Assembly: GCA_965223325.1 (NCBI GenBank)
Contig: CBDCWI010000002.1
Span: forward strand, 3,040,001-3,104,000
Length of the DNA: 64,000 nucleotides
Source: Candidatus Multivoradales bacterium
Lineage (GTDB): Bacteria > Acidobacteriota > Thermoanaerobaculia > Multivoradales > Multivoraceae
Direction of reading: 5' to 3'
Below, piece by piece: positions 27,969-38,152 of the stretch. The notes under the pieces were generated by a model. The model had not been told where the DNA came from, searched no databases, and worked only from the letters and a program-made list of their open reading frames with translations. The translations under genes were made by a program, and so were the position numbers. How positions within the stretch are numbered: position 1 is the stretch's first letter; every line of letters begins with the position of its first letter.

Positions 27969-29467
27969 CGGGCAGAGGCTCCGAGAAGGTCCGCATCCAG
28001 CAGCCGCCCTTCGCGGGCGGCACGCAGAATCGGCGGGTCCTGGTCATGAAGCTCGAGCCAGGTCTCGCGCTCCGAGGCCTTTTCCTCGAGTGCGACGAGT
28101 TGCTCGCGAACGCGCGCCGGTGCCGGACCACCAGGTGACGAATGGCTCAAGACCGAGCCCCGCGGCTCGAGAGACTCGAAGATCTCTTGGTCTGCCTCTG
28201 GGCAATGTTCCCGGAGAGCATCGAGAGACAGCTCCCACAGCTCACAGCCCGCCGCTTCGGCGGCGCGCACGGCTTCTCCGGTTTGCTCGTGCGCAGTGCG
28301 AAAGGGCACGCCGCGCGCCACCAGGCCGTCGGCGAGATCGGTCGCGGTGATGAAGCCACCGTGGAGCGCTGCGTTCATCTTCTCGGTTTGATACTCGAGC
28401 CCCGCCAACAAAGCACGCGCAGCGCGCGCCGAGGCCTCGACCGTGTCGACGGCGTCGAACAGCGCTTCCTTATCCTCCTGCAGGTCGCTGTTGTAGGTCA
28501 GCGGAAGCCCCTTGAGCTGGACGAGGTGCGCGGTCAGGTCACCGATCACACGACCTGACTTGCCACGCAGAATCTCGGCCGGCTCGGGATTGCGCTTCTG
28601 CGGCATGATGCTCGACCCCTTGGAGACCGAGTCCGTCAACCTGGCAAAGCCTACCTCCGACGACGTCCAGAGGACGACCTCTGAGGCCCAGCGCGACAGA
28701 TGCACCATCGCCAGCGCGGCTGCGAACGAGGCCTGGACAACGTAGTCACGATCGGCGACCGCGTACATGCTGTTGGGGTAGGTCGCGTCAAAACCGAGCA
28801 GCTCCTGGGTGCGCTCCGGTGAAATGGCGTGCGGCGTTCCAGCCAGAGCACATGCACCGAGCGGGCTTCGCCCTGCCTCTTTGTGTACACCCATGAAGCG
28901 CTCCACGTCGGCCTCGAGACTCCAGACGTGGGCCAGAAGATGGTGCGCGAGACTCACCGGTTGGCCACGCTGCAGATGGGTGTAGCCTGGCAGGAAGGTT
29001 TCGAGATGGTCGGCGGCGCGCAAACGGAACGCATCGATCAGCTCGCCGGCGGTGCGTACGATGCGCACCAGACGATGGCGCACAAACAGGCGAACCGCCG
29101 CGCCCACCTGGTCGTTCCGACTGCGCGCAGTGTGCAAACGCCGGCCGTCGTCGCCGATGCGCTCGGTCAGGTTGCGCTCGATCCAGCTGTGCACGTCTTC
29201 TTCGGCACCGAGAACATCGATCGCGCCCGACTCGACACGCTCCAACAGATCAGCCAGGCCTTCGAGAATGGCGCGCGCCGCGTTGTCGTCGAGCACGTCG
29301 CAGTCCCAGAGCATGCGCGCGTGGGCCAGACTACCCACCAGGTCACATCGCGCTAGCCGGTGATCGAAGCCAAAGGAACGAGTGAAGCGATCGATCTCCG
29401 GATCAACCGACCCTCCGAAACGACCGCCCCAGACGCGGTGCGGGCCACCGCCCGACTCGGAGCTCAA
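27965..29467 (-). CDS. argH: Argininosuccinate lyase
   Basis: WGGRF, LHTARSRNDQ, PGYTHLQRGQP, GSSIMPQKRNP, YNSDLQEDKE. Confidence 0.96.
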   Translation of the reverse strand: MSSESGGGPHRVWGGRFGGSVDPEIDRFTRSFGFDHRLARCDLVGSLAHARMLWDCDVLDDNAARAILEGLADLLERVESGAIDVLGAEEDVHSWIERNLTERIGDDGRRLHTARSRNDQVGAAVRLFVRHRLVRIVRTAGELIDAFRLRAADHLETFLPGYTHLQRGQPVSLAHHLLAHVWSLEADVERFMGVHKEAGRSPLGACALAGTPHAISPERTQELLGFDATYPNSMYAVADRDYVVQASFAAALAMVHLSRWASEVVLWTSSEVGFARLTDSVSKGSSIMPQKRNPEPAEILRGKSGRVIGDLTAHLVQLKGLPLTYNSDLQEDKEALFDAVDTVEASARAARALLAGLEYQTEKMNAALHGGFITATDLADGLVARGVPFRTAHEQTGEAVRAAEAAGCELWELSLDALREHCPEADQEIFESLEPRGSVLSHSSPGGPAPARVREQLVALEEKASERETWLELHDQDPPILRAAREGRLLDADLLGASAR

Positions 29468-30705
29468 CTCGCAGCCTCCGTCGTGCCTTCGGCAGACACC
29501 TCAGCAAGCGCCTGGCCGATGATCGAAACCGCCTGGTCGACCTCTTCATCGGTGACCACCAGGGGCGGCAAGAGGCGGACCGACGTGGGCCGCACTGCAT
29601 TGACGATCAGCCCCCTGTCGAGACATGCCGCAGCGACTGCCGGTGCCGCGAGGTCGGTTTCGAACGCTTTCATCAGGCCCGGCCCGCGCACCTCGAGAAT
29701 GTGAGGCGAAGCGAGATCGAGCAGCGCGTCCTCGAGTCGCGTGCCGCGTTCGGTTGCCTTCTCGAGGAGCCCTTCCTCCCGAATCACTTCGAGCACAGTG
29801 GTCACGGCGCGACAGGCAAGTGGATTCCCACCGAAGGTCGAGCCGTGATCGCCAGGCTGGAGGGCACGCGCCGCCCGGTCGGTGGCCAGAACCGCGCCCA
29901 CCGGCACACCACCTCCCAGGCCCTTGGCAAGACTCACCACATCGGGTGCGAGGCCCATCTGCTGAAACGCGAACCAGTGCCCCCCAGTACGGCCGATGCC
30001 AGTCTGCACCTCGTCGAGGGCAAAGAGGAGATCGTTCTCACGGCAGAGGGCTTCGAGACCATGCAAGTACTCCGGCGAACCGGGGTGGACACCACCTTCT
30101 CCCTGCACCGGCTCGATGAGGACCGCGCAGGTCTTCTCGGAGACGGCGGCGCGGGCGGCCTCGAGATCGCCGAAGGGAACGTGTTTGAAGCCCCCGGGCA
30201 TGGGCCCGAAGCCAACCCGGTACTTGGGCGTTCCGGTCGCGGCGAGAGCGCCGTAGGTGCGACCGTGGAAGGCGTCATCGGTAACCAGAATCTCGTAGGG
30301 CGCCTCACCGCTCTTTTGGGCTTCTTCGTGCGCTCGCCAGGCGTGTTTGCGCACCAGCTTGATCAGTGCTTCGTTGGCCTCTGCGCCGCTGTTGCAGAAA
30401 AAGACCCGCTCCAAGCGGTGTTTCTCAGCAGCTCCTTCATGAGCAGCGCCAATGAGCGCTCGTGACGCCTCGTCCGACTCGGGGATCCGGAACAGATTGC
30501 TGACGTGCAGATAGCGCGCTGCCTGCTCGGCGAGTGCCCGGCTGAGTCTGGGATGGCCATGGCCGAGTGTGGTCACCGCGATCCCGGCCAGAAAGTCGAG
30601 GTAGCGCTTGCCATTCGCGTCTTCCAGCCAACTCCCCTCCCCACGAACGAAGGCCACTGGCATCGGCACGTAGTTGACGAACATCGCCTCGCCGTAGGTG
30701 CTCAT
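29464..30705 (-). CDS. argD: Acetylornithine aminotransferase
   Basis: FCNSGAEANE, FHGRT, EPVQGEGG, DEVQTGIGRTG, LAKGLGGG. Confidence 0.95.
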   Translation of the reverse strand: MSTYGEAMFVNYVPMPVAFVRGEGSWLEDANGKRYLDFLAGIAVTTLGHGHPRLSRALAEQAARYLHVSNLFRIPESDEASRALIGAAHEGAAEKHRLERVFFCNSGAEANEALIKLVRKHAWRAHEEAQKSGEAPYEILVTDDAFHGRTYGALAATGTPKYRVGFGPMPGGFKHVPFGDLEAARAAVSEKTCAVLIEPVQGEGGVHPGSPEYLHGLEALCRENDLLFALDEVQTGIGRTGGHWFAFQQMGLAPDVVSLAKGLGGGVPVGAVLATDRAARALQPGDHGSTFGGNPLACRAVTTVLEVIREEGLLEKATERGTRLEDALLDLASPHILEVRGPGLMKAFETDLAAPAVAAACLDRGLIVNAVRPTSVRLLPPLVVTDEEVDQAVSIIGQALAEVSAEGTTEAAS

Positions 30706-31751
30706 GTCTCGCTCTTTCTGAGGACTTCCGACACCGTCTTCGGCAGGTCGCTGGAAGTCGAGTCGTTCTTGCCGTTCATTTCCTTGCGGCCGGTGATCAT
30801 GGTGCCGATGCCACGCTCGGTGAAGAGCTCGACGAGAAGCCCGTGCTCCTGCTCGGCGCCGAGGATGTGCGCACGCGGCACACCGGCCCCGGTGGCCGCT
30901 AAGCAGGCCTCGATCTTGGGAATCATGCCCTTTGAAACGACGCCCTCTTCAACCAGCACGGCCGCACCGCGCGCAGTGAGCTCGGAGATCAAGACCAGCT
31001 CATCCTGACCACCGCCGTCGTGACTGCCTTGGCCGCGTTTTACGGGCCGATAGACGCCGGGTACATCGGTCAGCAGAAGGAACTTCTCCGCCCCAATGGC
31101 GGCGGCAATCGCGGCGGCCGCGGTGTCGGCATTGACGTTGTAGGTCTCCCCGTCGGGACCCTGAGCGAGGGGCGCAATCACCGGTATGAAGCCTTCGTGC
31201 AGCAACTCGTCAATGCGAGCGGTGTCGACTCGATCCACCACGCCGACGAAGCCGAGCTCGCGATTCTCGTGCGGCTCGGCCCACAGCGTTCCTTCGTGGC
31301 CCGGCACTCCCGCCGCGTTGCCGGTTCGTTCACGCAGCATGTGCACCAGCCGGCGATTGGCGGTACCGCCGAGCACACTCTTGACCAGCTGCATGGTCTC
31401 GCGGTCGGTGACTCGGAGCCCGTCGACGAAACGTGCCTCAGCACCGCGCATTTCGAGGCGTTCGGAGATCTCGGGACCACCCCCATGAACGAGGACTGGT
31501 TCAACCCCTGCCTGCTGAAGAGCCACGATGTCTTCGACGATCGTGCCGATGCGTCCGCCCGCCATCGCAGCGCCGCCGAACTTGATCACCACGCGTTTGC
31601 CACGCCATTCGGCGACGTAGCGCAGGGCGCGGTAGAGCGAACCACCGAGCTCGAGCGCATCTGCCCGCACGCCCTCGGAGAGTTGGGGTTTCTGGTTCTC
31701 GGCGCCGGCAGCAGCGACATGGGTCACCTCGTAGCGGCTTGCTTCGCTCAT
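30702..31751 (-). CDS. argB: Acetylglutamate kinase (start may be GTG 31787)
   Basis: VIKFGGAAM, VHGGGP, GLRVTD, YNVNADTAA, LLTDVPG, GMIPK. Confidence 0.95.
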   Translation of the reverse strand: MSEASRYEVTHVAAAGAENQKPQLSEGVRADALELGGSLYRALRYVAEWRGKRVVIKFGGAAMAGGRIGTIVEDIVALQQAGVEPVLVHGGGPEISERLEMRGAEARFVDGLRVTDRETMQLVKSVLGGTANRRLVHMLRERTGNAAGVPGHEGTLWAEPHENRELGFVGVVDRVDTARIDELLHEGFIPVIAPLAQGPDGETYNVNADTAAAAIAAAIGAEKFLLLTDVPGVYRPVKRGQGSHDGGGQDELVLISELTARGAAVLVEEGVVSKGMIPKIEACLAATGAGVPRAHILGAEQEHGLLVELFTERGIGTMITGRKEMNGKNDSTSSDLPKTVSEVLRKSET

Positions 31752-31800
31752 CGTCACTTCCACTTCTTTCTCATCGATTCGTCCCACAGAGCACGGACGG

Positions 31801-33045
31801 TCAGGAGATGTAGCTGCCGTTGATGTCGACGTAGTCCTTGCTCAAATCGCACGTCCACACTTTCGCCGCACCGGCCCCGAGCCCGAGATCGATACGCAGA
31901 TCGACGCTGTCTTCTGACATTGCCTTAGCCAACGGCGCAAGGTCTGAAAGCACACCGAGGCCACCGCCAACGATCTGCATGCCGCCGAACCAGACATCGA
32001 TCTTCTCTTCTTCGATGGCTGCACCGGAGCGACCCACCGCCATCAGAACGCGTCCCCAATTCGGCTCGGCACCGTGGAGCGCCGTCTTGACCAGCGGCGA
32101 GTTGGCAACGGTCTGGGCAACGAGGCGGGCGTCGCTGTCACCGGTAGCACCCACAACGTCGACGCACATGACCTTGGTTGCACCCTCACCATCTCGAACC
32201 ACCTGCTGCGCCAGGTCGAACGTCACGTGCTCGAGGGCGACGGCGAATCTCTCGAGCGCGGCACCCGAGGTCACCGCGTGACTCGACGCACCGTTGGCCA
32301 GGACCAGCAGCATGTCGTTGGTCGACGTGTCGCCGTCGACGGTGATGCAGTTGAAGGTGCGACCGGCGACTGCTACAAGCATCTCTTGCAGAACTGACGC
32401 TTCGATCTCTGCGTCGGTGGTGATGAAGCCCAGCGTAGTCGCCATGTTGGGGGCGATCATTCCCGACCCCTTGGCAATGCCACCGACGACAACAGGTCGA
32501 CCCTCGCCGAGATCGACGCGAACTGCACAGCTCTTGGGGCAGGTGTCGGTCGTCATGATCGCGCCCGCCGCCGCCTGGCCACCGGCGGGTGACAGCGCCG
32601 CGGCTGCTTCGGTGATTCCCAGGCGAAGCTTGTCCATTGGAAGCGGTACGCCAATCACGCCGGTCGAACCGACAAGCACCTGGTGCGCCTCCGTTCCGAT
32701 TGCCTCGGCAGCGATCTTTGCCATTTCTTCGTTGTCGCGGCGACCCGGCGCACCCGTACAGGCGTTGGCGTTGCCGGCGTTGGAGAGAATCGCCCGCGCC
32801 TGACCGTTCTGCGCAACCGCCTTCGACCAACCGACACACGCCGCCTGAACCTTGTTGGTCGTAAAGACCCCCGCCGCGGCCGCAGGCCGGTCGGACACGA
32901 TGATGGTCACGTCAGGGTTCTTGCGCTTGAGGCCGGCGTGGACAGAGCCTGCCGAAAAACCTGCTGCGGTCGTTACGTGCCCGCCGTCAATGACCGCGAG
33001 CGTGCGTTTGGCAAGACTCGCGGCGGTTGCTCTCTTGTTTGACAT
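31801..33045 (-). CDS. argJ: Ornithine acetyltransferase/N-acetylglutamate synthase
   Basis: GNANACTG, STGVIG, IMTTDT, KGSGMIAPNMAT, DGDTSTND, DGEGATK, NWGR. Confidence 0.96.
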   Translation of the reverse strand: MSNKRATAASLAKRTLAVIDGGHVTTAAGFSAGSVHAGLKRKNPDVTIIVSDRPAAAAGVFTTNKVQAACVGWSKAVAQNGQARAILSNAGNANACTGAPGRRDNEEMAKIAAEAIGTEAHQVLVGSTGVIGVPLPMDKLRLGITEAAAALSPAGGQAAAGAIMTTDTCPKSCAVRVDLGEGRPVVVGGIAKGSGMIAPNMATTLGFITTDAEIEASVLQEMLVAVAGRTFNCITVDGDTSTNDMLLVLANGASSHAVTSGAALERFAVALEHVTFDLAQQVVRDGEGATKVMCVDVVGATGDSDARLVAQTVANSPLVKTALHGAEPNWGRVLMAVGRSGAAIEEEKIDVWFGGMQIVGGGLGVLSDLAPLAKAMSEDSVDLRIDLGLGAGAAKVWTCDLSKDYVDINGSYIS

Positions 33046-33057
33046 CTCTTCTTGTGT

Positions 33058-34098
33058 TCAGGGGTAGAGCGGTGCCGCTTCGAGACCGGCAGTCTCGTTG
33101 AAGCCAAACATCAGGTTCATGTTCTGGATCGCCTGCCCGGCGGCTCCTTTGACCAGGTTGTCGATCGCCCCGAAACAGCAAACGATGCCCGCCTCACGAT
33201 CAACGGTCACGCCGACGTCGCAGAGGTTGGAGCCATAGGTCGCCTTGGTCTCGGGCAGATCCGGAACGACCCGCACGAACGGCTCGTTCACGTAAGCCTC
33301 CTCGAGCGCTGCCAGAAGCGCCAGTCGCTCGGGAGGGTCGTCGCATGGGACGTAGATCGCGGAGAGAATCCCGCGCGTCATCGGCACCAGGTGGGGTGAG
33401 AAGAAGACCTTTGGACGATTACCGAGAACCGTTCCAAGCACCTGCTCGATCTCAGGACGATGACGGTGATCGCCGGTCTTGTACGGTCGCGTGGACTCCG
33501 AAAGCGCTGCGAAGAGTCGGTCCTCCGACGCTGCCCGGCCGGCGCCCGAGACTCCCGACTTCGCATCGACGATGATGGTGCCGGATGCCTTTGGCCCCAG
33601 GACCTGGAGTACCGGAGCGAGAGCCAAGATGGTTGCGGTGGGATAGCAGCCCGGGTTGGCGACCAGGCGCGCATTGGCGATCGCGGTGCGCTCGAACTCC
33701 GGCAGGCCGTAGACGGCTTCTGCCAGTGCCTGCGGAGCCGTGTGGGGAAGTCCGTACCAACGTTCGTACTCCTGGCCGTCCTGGAGCCGGAAGTCGGCGC
33801 CGACGTCAACGACCCTGGCGCCGCCCTCGAGCAGGACGGGTACGGCCTCGAGCGCGATGCCATGAGGCAGGGCGAGGAACACCACCTCGCTCTCACGCCC
33901 CATCAGCTGCCAGTCGGGTTCGATGAGCGTGGCGTCGAACCGCCCCCGCAGGCTCGGCCAGACCTCGTCGACGGACTGCCCGGCCTTACTGCCGGCGGCC
34001 AGCAAACCGAACTCGACTTCCGGGTGGCCCGAAAGCCAGCGTAGGAGCTCTCCTCCGCCATAGCCGGAAGCGCCGGCCACGCTCACTCGTGTGGACAT
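33058..34098 (-). CDS. argC: N-acetyl-gamma-glutamyl-phosphate reductase
   Basis: GASGYGGGEL, ANPGCYPT, SGVSGAG, HRHRPEI, DNLVKGAAGQA. Confidence 0.96.
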   Translation of the reverse strand: MSTRVSVAGASGYGGGELLRWLSGHPEVEFGLLAAGSKAGQSVDEVWPSLRGRFDATLIEPDWQLMGRESEVVFLALPHGIALEAVPVLLEGGARVVDVGADFRLQDGQEYERWYGLPHTAPQALAEAVYGLPEFERTAIANARLVANPGCYPTATILALAPVLQVLGPKASGTIIVDAKSGVSGAGRAASEDRLFAALSESTRPYKTGDHRHRPEIEQVLGTVLGNRPKVFFSPHLVPMTRGILSAIYVPCDDPPERLALLAALEEAYVNEPFVRVVPDLPETKATYGSNLCDVGVTVDREAGIVCCFGAIDNLVKGAAGQAIQNMNLMFGFNETAGLEAAPLYP

Positions 34099-34099
34099 C

Positions 34100-34137
34100 A
34101 GTGAATAATATCACACACAACTGCATAAAGATACAGT
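34100..34137. promoter_or_regulatory. Tandem ARG boxes overlapping the argC promoter
   Basis: AGTGAATAATATCACACA (34100-34117) and ACTGCATAAAGATACAGT (34120-34137), 2 nt apart; minus-strand TATTAT at 34105-34110. Confidence 0.82.
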
Positions 34138-34161
34138 TCGGCCAAGAGTTCCTGGGCCTTC

Positions 34162-35037
34162 TCAGCCCCCAGACGAAGGATCGAGCAGCGGCAGGCCGAA
34201 GACCACCGAGGCGATGATCGAGAGGAGCGACGCCAGCATCAAGACCAGCGCCAGGATCACGTGGTCGATGCGTTCCGGGCGTAGGGGATCGAGAATCCGC
34301 GCCAACAGGTAGCCGCCCGCGAAGCCGCCGAAGTGAGCCCAGTTGTCGATGCCCGGGAACAGAAAACCGATGACAAACAGCGGAAGGGCCGCACCCCAGA
34401 GCAGGTTCTGGGTGATCTGTCGGTTACCACTGCGCCGGCCGTAGAAGACCAGGGCTCCGAGCCATCCGAAGATTCCGGCCGAGGCTCCGAGGGTGAGGGG
34501 TGCACCGGCCAGGGCTCGCGGAAACGGCAAACCGAGCTGTGCGACGCCGCTGGTGACCGCAAAGCCAACCATGCTCGAGACCAGAAACAGGATCGCCGAA
34601 CGGCCGGCACCGAAGGCATCGGCGAGGGCGGGGCCGAGCTGGCGTAGCCACATCAGGTTGAACACGATGTGCAACAAGCTGCCATGCAGGAAGGTCGCCG
34701 AGAGAATCGTCCACCAACGGTCATAGGCAAACACTGGAATCGACCCGGATGCACCGAGCACGAAGGACGCCTCATTGCTCGGCGACAGCATGCTCATGAA
34801 ACCGCCCATGCCGATCTGGTCGGGCCGCATGAGGAGGGCGACACCGTAAAGCAAGAGACAGGCCCCCATGGCGATCTTGGTGAAGCCAAGGTCGTTACCG
34901 AGCTTGCGAACGACCCCCGCGAACCCGAACAGGCCGGGGTGCAGGCGGCCGCAGTTGAGGCACTTCTTGTCGTTGACGCCCACCAGCTGGCCGCACGATG
35001 TGCAGACCACTGACCCCTCTGTTTTTCGTCCAAGCAT
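34162..35037 (-). CDS. Rhomboid intramembrane serine protease with N-terminal zinc ribbon
   Basis: CTSC...CLNC; FLHGSLLHIVFN, GASAG, NWAHFGG. Confidence 0.92.
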   Translation of the reverse strand: MLGRKTEGSVVCTSCGQLVGVNDKKCLNCGRLHPGLFGFAGVVRKLGNDLGFTKIAMGACLLLYGVALLMRPDQIGMGGFMSMLSPSNEASFVLGASGSIPVFAYDRWWTILSATFLHGSLLHIVFNLMWLRQLGPALADAFGAGRSAILFLVSSMVGFAVTSGVAQLGLPFPRALAGAPLTLGASAGIFGWLGALVFYGRRSGNRQITQNLLWGAALPLFVIGFLFPGIDNWAHFGGFAGGYLLARILDPLRPERIDHVILALVLMLASLLSIIASVVFGLPLLDPSSGG

Positions 35038-35146
35038 CGCCGGGCGGACGATAACAGGGCTTACCTCTCGACGTGCCCGGGAGGGGCCGGCCCGGCTGGG
35101 GCCGCGAATCGGAATAGGCGAGTCCGCTCCGGCGTTCCTGGTTTTG

Positions 35147-36415
35147 ATGCGCCAAAACCTCGCTCGGCCCGCCCCTCGTCTCGTTCCAGAGAGCGCTGCT
35201 CGCAAGCGACTGAGGGTTCTTGCGCGGACCCTACCCGCTGCGCTCCTCTGTGGGACCATCGCAACCAGCGCCGCGCAGGCTGCCGACTTCGAAGAGATCG
35301 CCTTGCCAGAAGCGGTTCTCGCTGACATCGAACTGCGCGCCCTACCCGAAACCATCGCGGTCGCAGAAGACCTGCAGCGTCTCCTCATTGCGGGTCGCGA
35401 CGCGGTTCTCGACCGTCGCTACGCTGATGCTGCCTGGTACTTCGATCACGCCGAGCACAACCATCACGCCTCCCCCGTTGGACCTCTCGGCCACATGCTG
35501 ATCGCCCAGGCGCAGATGCTCGAGAACTACGACATGGCATCCGAAGACGAGTACCGCCTCGCCCGCAACCAGGCGCAGAAGCGCCTGCAAAACGCCCTCG
35601 ATGCGCCGGGCAACGAAGCCTGGGATCACCTTCTGGCAGGTGCTTTCCATGGCATGGAAGGCCTGCATGCGATGCGCAAGAACCAATACATTGCATCGGT
35701 GCGCAGAGGCCTCGGCGCCGTGCGCCACCTCAGGCGCAGTCGGCGAGCGGGCGACAGGCTGCATGACGTCGACCTCGGGCTCGGTGGCTACGACTACTTT
35801 CGGAGTGTCGTGAGCCGCCAGGCACCCTGGGTCCCCTTCGTTCCCGATCGGCGCGAGGAAGGGCTGGCGTTGATCGAGCACGCACGGCGCGAGGGCGAGT
35901 TCATGCGGCCCATCGCGCAGCTCGCCCTCGTCTTCACGCTGATCGATGAGAACCGAAGTGAGCAGAGCATCGCTCTGGCACGCGCCTTTCTCGAGCGCTA
36001 CCCGAACAACGTCGTCGCGCGCATCCAACTCGGCCGCGCACTCTCGCGCCGCCGGCACTTCGAGGAAGCCATCCAGGAGTTCGAACACGTTCTGGAGCTG
36101 CATCCCGAGAACCGCATCGTGGGCTACTACCTGGGCCACACCCTGGTCCACGGAACAAATGACCTGAGTAGAGCCGAGGCCATCCTGCAGGGCTTTCTCA
36201 AGCAGGCGCCTGACGATCACGCTCGCGGCTGGGGTATCGAGCTGCTCGGCGACATTCGGCGGCGAGAGGGCATGACCGACGAGGCGATCCAACTCTGGCG
36301 CCGGGCTCATCGCCTCGACTCGCGGGACACCTCAGCCAAACGGAAGGTCAAGCGCGCACGGGCAGAGCGGCGGGCGAAGCGTTCATCCACCAGCAGCGAG
36401 CAGACAACGGGGTAG
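35147..36415 (+). CDS. Exported tetratricopeptide-repeat protein
   Basis: Signal-like LLCGTIATSAAQA; TPR-like ARIQLGRALSRRRHFEEAIQEFEHVLELHPEN; start uncertain. Confidence 0.75.
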   Translation: MRQNLARPAPRLVPESAARKRLRVLARTLPAALLCGTIATSAAQAADFEEIALPEAVLADIELRALPETIAVAEDLQRLLIAGRDAVLDRRYADAAWYFDHAEHNHHASPVGPLGHMLIAQAQMLENYDMASEDEYRLARNQAQKRLQNALDAPGNEAWDHLLAGAFHGMEGLHAMRKNQYIASVRRGLGAVRHLRRSRRAGDRLHDVDLGLGGYDYFRSVVSRQAPWVPFVPDRREEGLALIEHARREGEFMRPIAQLALVFTLIDENRSEQSIALARAFLERYPNNVVARIQLGRALSRRRHFEEAIQEFEHVLELHPENRIVGYYLGHTLVHGTNDLSRAEAILQGFLKQAPDDHARGWGIELLGDIRRREGMTDEAIQLWRRAHRLDSRDTSAKRKVKRARAERRAKRSSTSSEQTTG

Positions 36416-36463
36416 GATGGAGGGCAATCGAAAGGCGAATCTGAACGGGTCACCTGGCAAGGA

Positions 36464-37210
36464 GTGTTCGAGATGATGTGCAAGCTCCCCCTCCCGCCTC
36501 AAAGCCTGTGGCTGCTGCTCGCCGCCACGGCTTTTCTATGCCATCCCGCGGGGGCACAACAAACCGGGGGCGACCCCTTCGGCGATGTTGGTGCCGGGAC
36601 TGGCGCTGGTCCGCGCGACAACACGCGCGTCCAGGGGACCGTCTTCAACACCGCCGGCGAGGTCATGTCCGACGTCCACATCTGGGTGACCAACGACGCC
36701 GCTCCGGCCAATCGCGTGCGCGCCAAGACACGCCCCACCGGCAACTACCTGGTGCGTAACGTCGCTTCGCTCTACCAGCCGGAAGACATCGAGGGCATTC
36801 TCCTGCGGGTGCTGTTCCAGAAAGAAGGCTACGAGGACCTGCAAACCCTCGTGGGTGTGGTCAAGAACGGCATCGAGCGCATCAACGTCTACATGCTCGA
36901 GACCGGTGAGACGGCAGAGATGTCAGGCACTTGCGCCGCCCTTGCGGGTCGGGTCGTAAACCGCAAGGGGCGCGGCGCGAAGGGCGTCACGGTGCGCGTC
37001 CTATCGCTCGACGGCGAAGAGCTCATACCGCCCATCGCCGCCGAGAAGCGTGGTGACTGGGAAGCCATCCTCTGGAACGTCGACGTCGATGAGGTGACTG
37101 TCGAAGCGACCGGCAAGGAAGGTACGAACCGCACCAACGTCAAGCTCGAGGCCGACAACGAACCGCAGGTCTTCACGGCTCAGAAGGTCGAACTCACCCT
37201 GGGCGGCTAG
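36464..37210 (+). CDS. Secreted protein with two carboxypeptidase-regulatory-like beta domains
   Basis: Signal peptide; RVQGTVFNTAGE...FQKEGYE and LAGRVVNRKGRGAKGVTV. Confidence 0.65.
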   Translation: MFEMMCKLPLPPQSLWLLLAATAFLCHPAGAQQTGGDPFGDVGAGTGAGPRDNTRVQGTVFNTAGEVMSDVHIWVTNDAAPANRVRAKTRPTGNYLVRNVASLYQPEDIEGILLRVLFQKEGYEDLQTLVGVVKNGIERINVYMLETGETAEMSGTCAALAGRVVNRKGRGAKGVTVRVLSLDGEELIPPIAAEKRGDWEAILWNVDVDEVTVEATGKEGTNRTNVKLEADNEPQVFTAQKVELTLGG

Positions 37211-37222
37211 GAGCCCGGCTGG

Positions 37223-37948
37223 TCAGCCGGCATGCTTCGTGAGGAAGTCTGAAACGCGCCTCTTGGCCGCCGGAATCGACGTCTCGTCTTTCCACTCGGC
37301 AATCAGCTCAGCATTCGGTGCGAGCCGTGCGATCTCTTCCGAAGTCGAGGCGGGGTGGTAGAGATCGTTTCCACGTAGGACGAGCAACGGCGTTTCGACT
37401 CCGCCGACGAAGTCGCGGTCGACATTGAAAAGAAAGTCGCCGTCGTACATGTTGGAGCGAAATGCCTCCCAGGCGCCCGCTTCTACATCACTGTGAGGGC
37501 CGGCGCGGAGCTCCTCCGCCCAGCTGTCGAACATCTCGTAGAAGGCCTGGCGGTTGTCGTCGAGACCAATTGGCTGGAACAGCACCGCCGCTGCCACCCG
37601 CTCCGGCGCCGCTTCGACGAGCCCCATGCAATAGGGGCCGCCGATACACATGCCAGCGACCGCAAAACGCTGATGGCCCAGGTCGTCCATCAGTCCGAGC
37701 TGGTCCGCGGTATAAGAGTGCCATCCATCGGCGGCTGTGACCGGAGCCTTCGAGGCACCCGCATTGCGCTGATCCATCGCGACAACCTCGAAAGACCCCA
37801 CCAACTGCTCGATCGGGTTCCAGGGGGTGTTCTGCCAGTACGAAATGGCACTGCGCATCCCCCCGGGCGCAATCAGAAGGACTGGAAAGCCCGAGCCCTC
37901 TGTCTCGTAGTGAATCTCGATTCCGCCCTCGCGCTCGAATACCGGCAT
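37223..37948 (-). CDS. Alpha/beta hydrolase (Cys at the elbow: GMCIG)
   Basis: IHYETEGSGFPVLLIAPGG, MDQRNAG, GMCIGG, GNDLYHP. Confidence 0.85.
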   Translation of the reverse strand: MPVFEREGGIEIHYETEGSGFPVLLIAPGGMRSAISYWQNTPWNPIEQLVGSFEVVAMDQRNAGASKAPVTAADGWHSYTADQLGLMDDLGHQRFAVAGMCIGGPYCMGLVEAAPERVAAAVLFQPIGLDDNRQAFYEMFDSWAEELRAGPHSDVEAGAWEAFRSNMYDGDFLFNVDRDFVGGVETPLLVLRGNDLYHPASTSEEIARLAPNAELIAEWKDETSIPAAKRRVSDFLTKHAG

Positions 37949-38059
37949 GCCTATCCTTCCGGCCCCGTGTAGAGGCCCCCGCATCATCTCGTCGTTCGAT
38001 CGTGCCCGGTGAGCGATGAGCATCTCATGTGATCGCGGAGGCGCCTCACAGAACCCTGC

Positions 38060-38097
38060 TTGACAATTGAAACACTCATTTAAAACGACCGTATAAT
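38060..38097 (+). promoter_or_regulatory. Promoter and operator region of the TetR-RND operon
   Basis: AT-rich island TTGACAATTGAAACACTCATTTAAAACGACCGTATAAT with imperfect AAAC-N-TTT-type repeats resembling PsrA-family sites. Confidence 0.55.
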
Positions 38098-38152
38098 GGG
38101 TCATCGGGTCCCCGAATCCTTCCTCCGCCGGGACCACCGCGAGCCCACTCCT

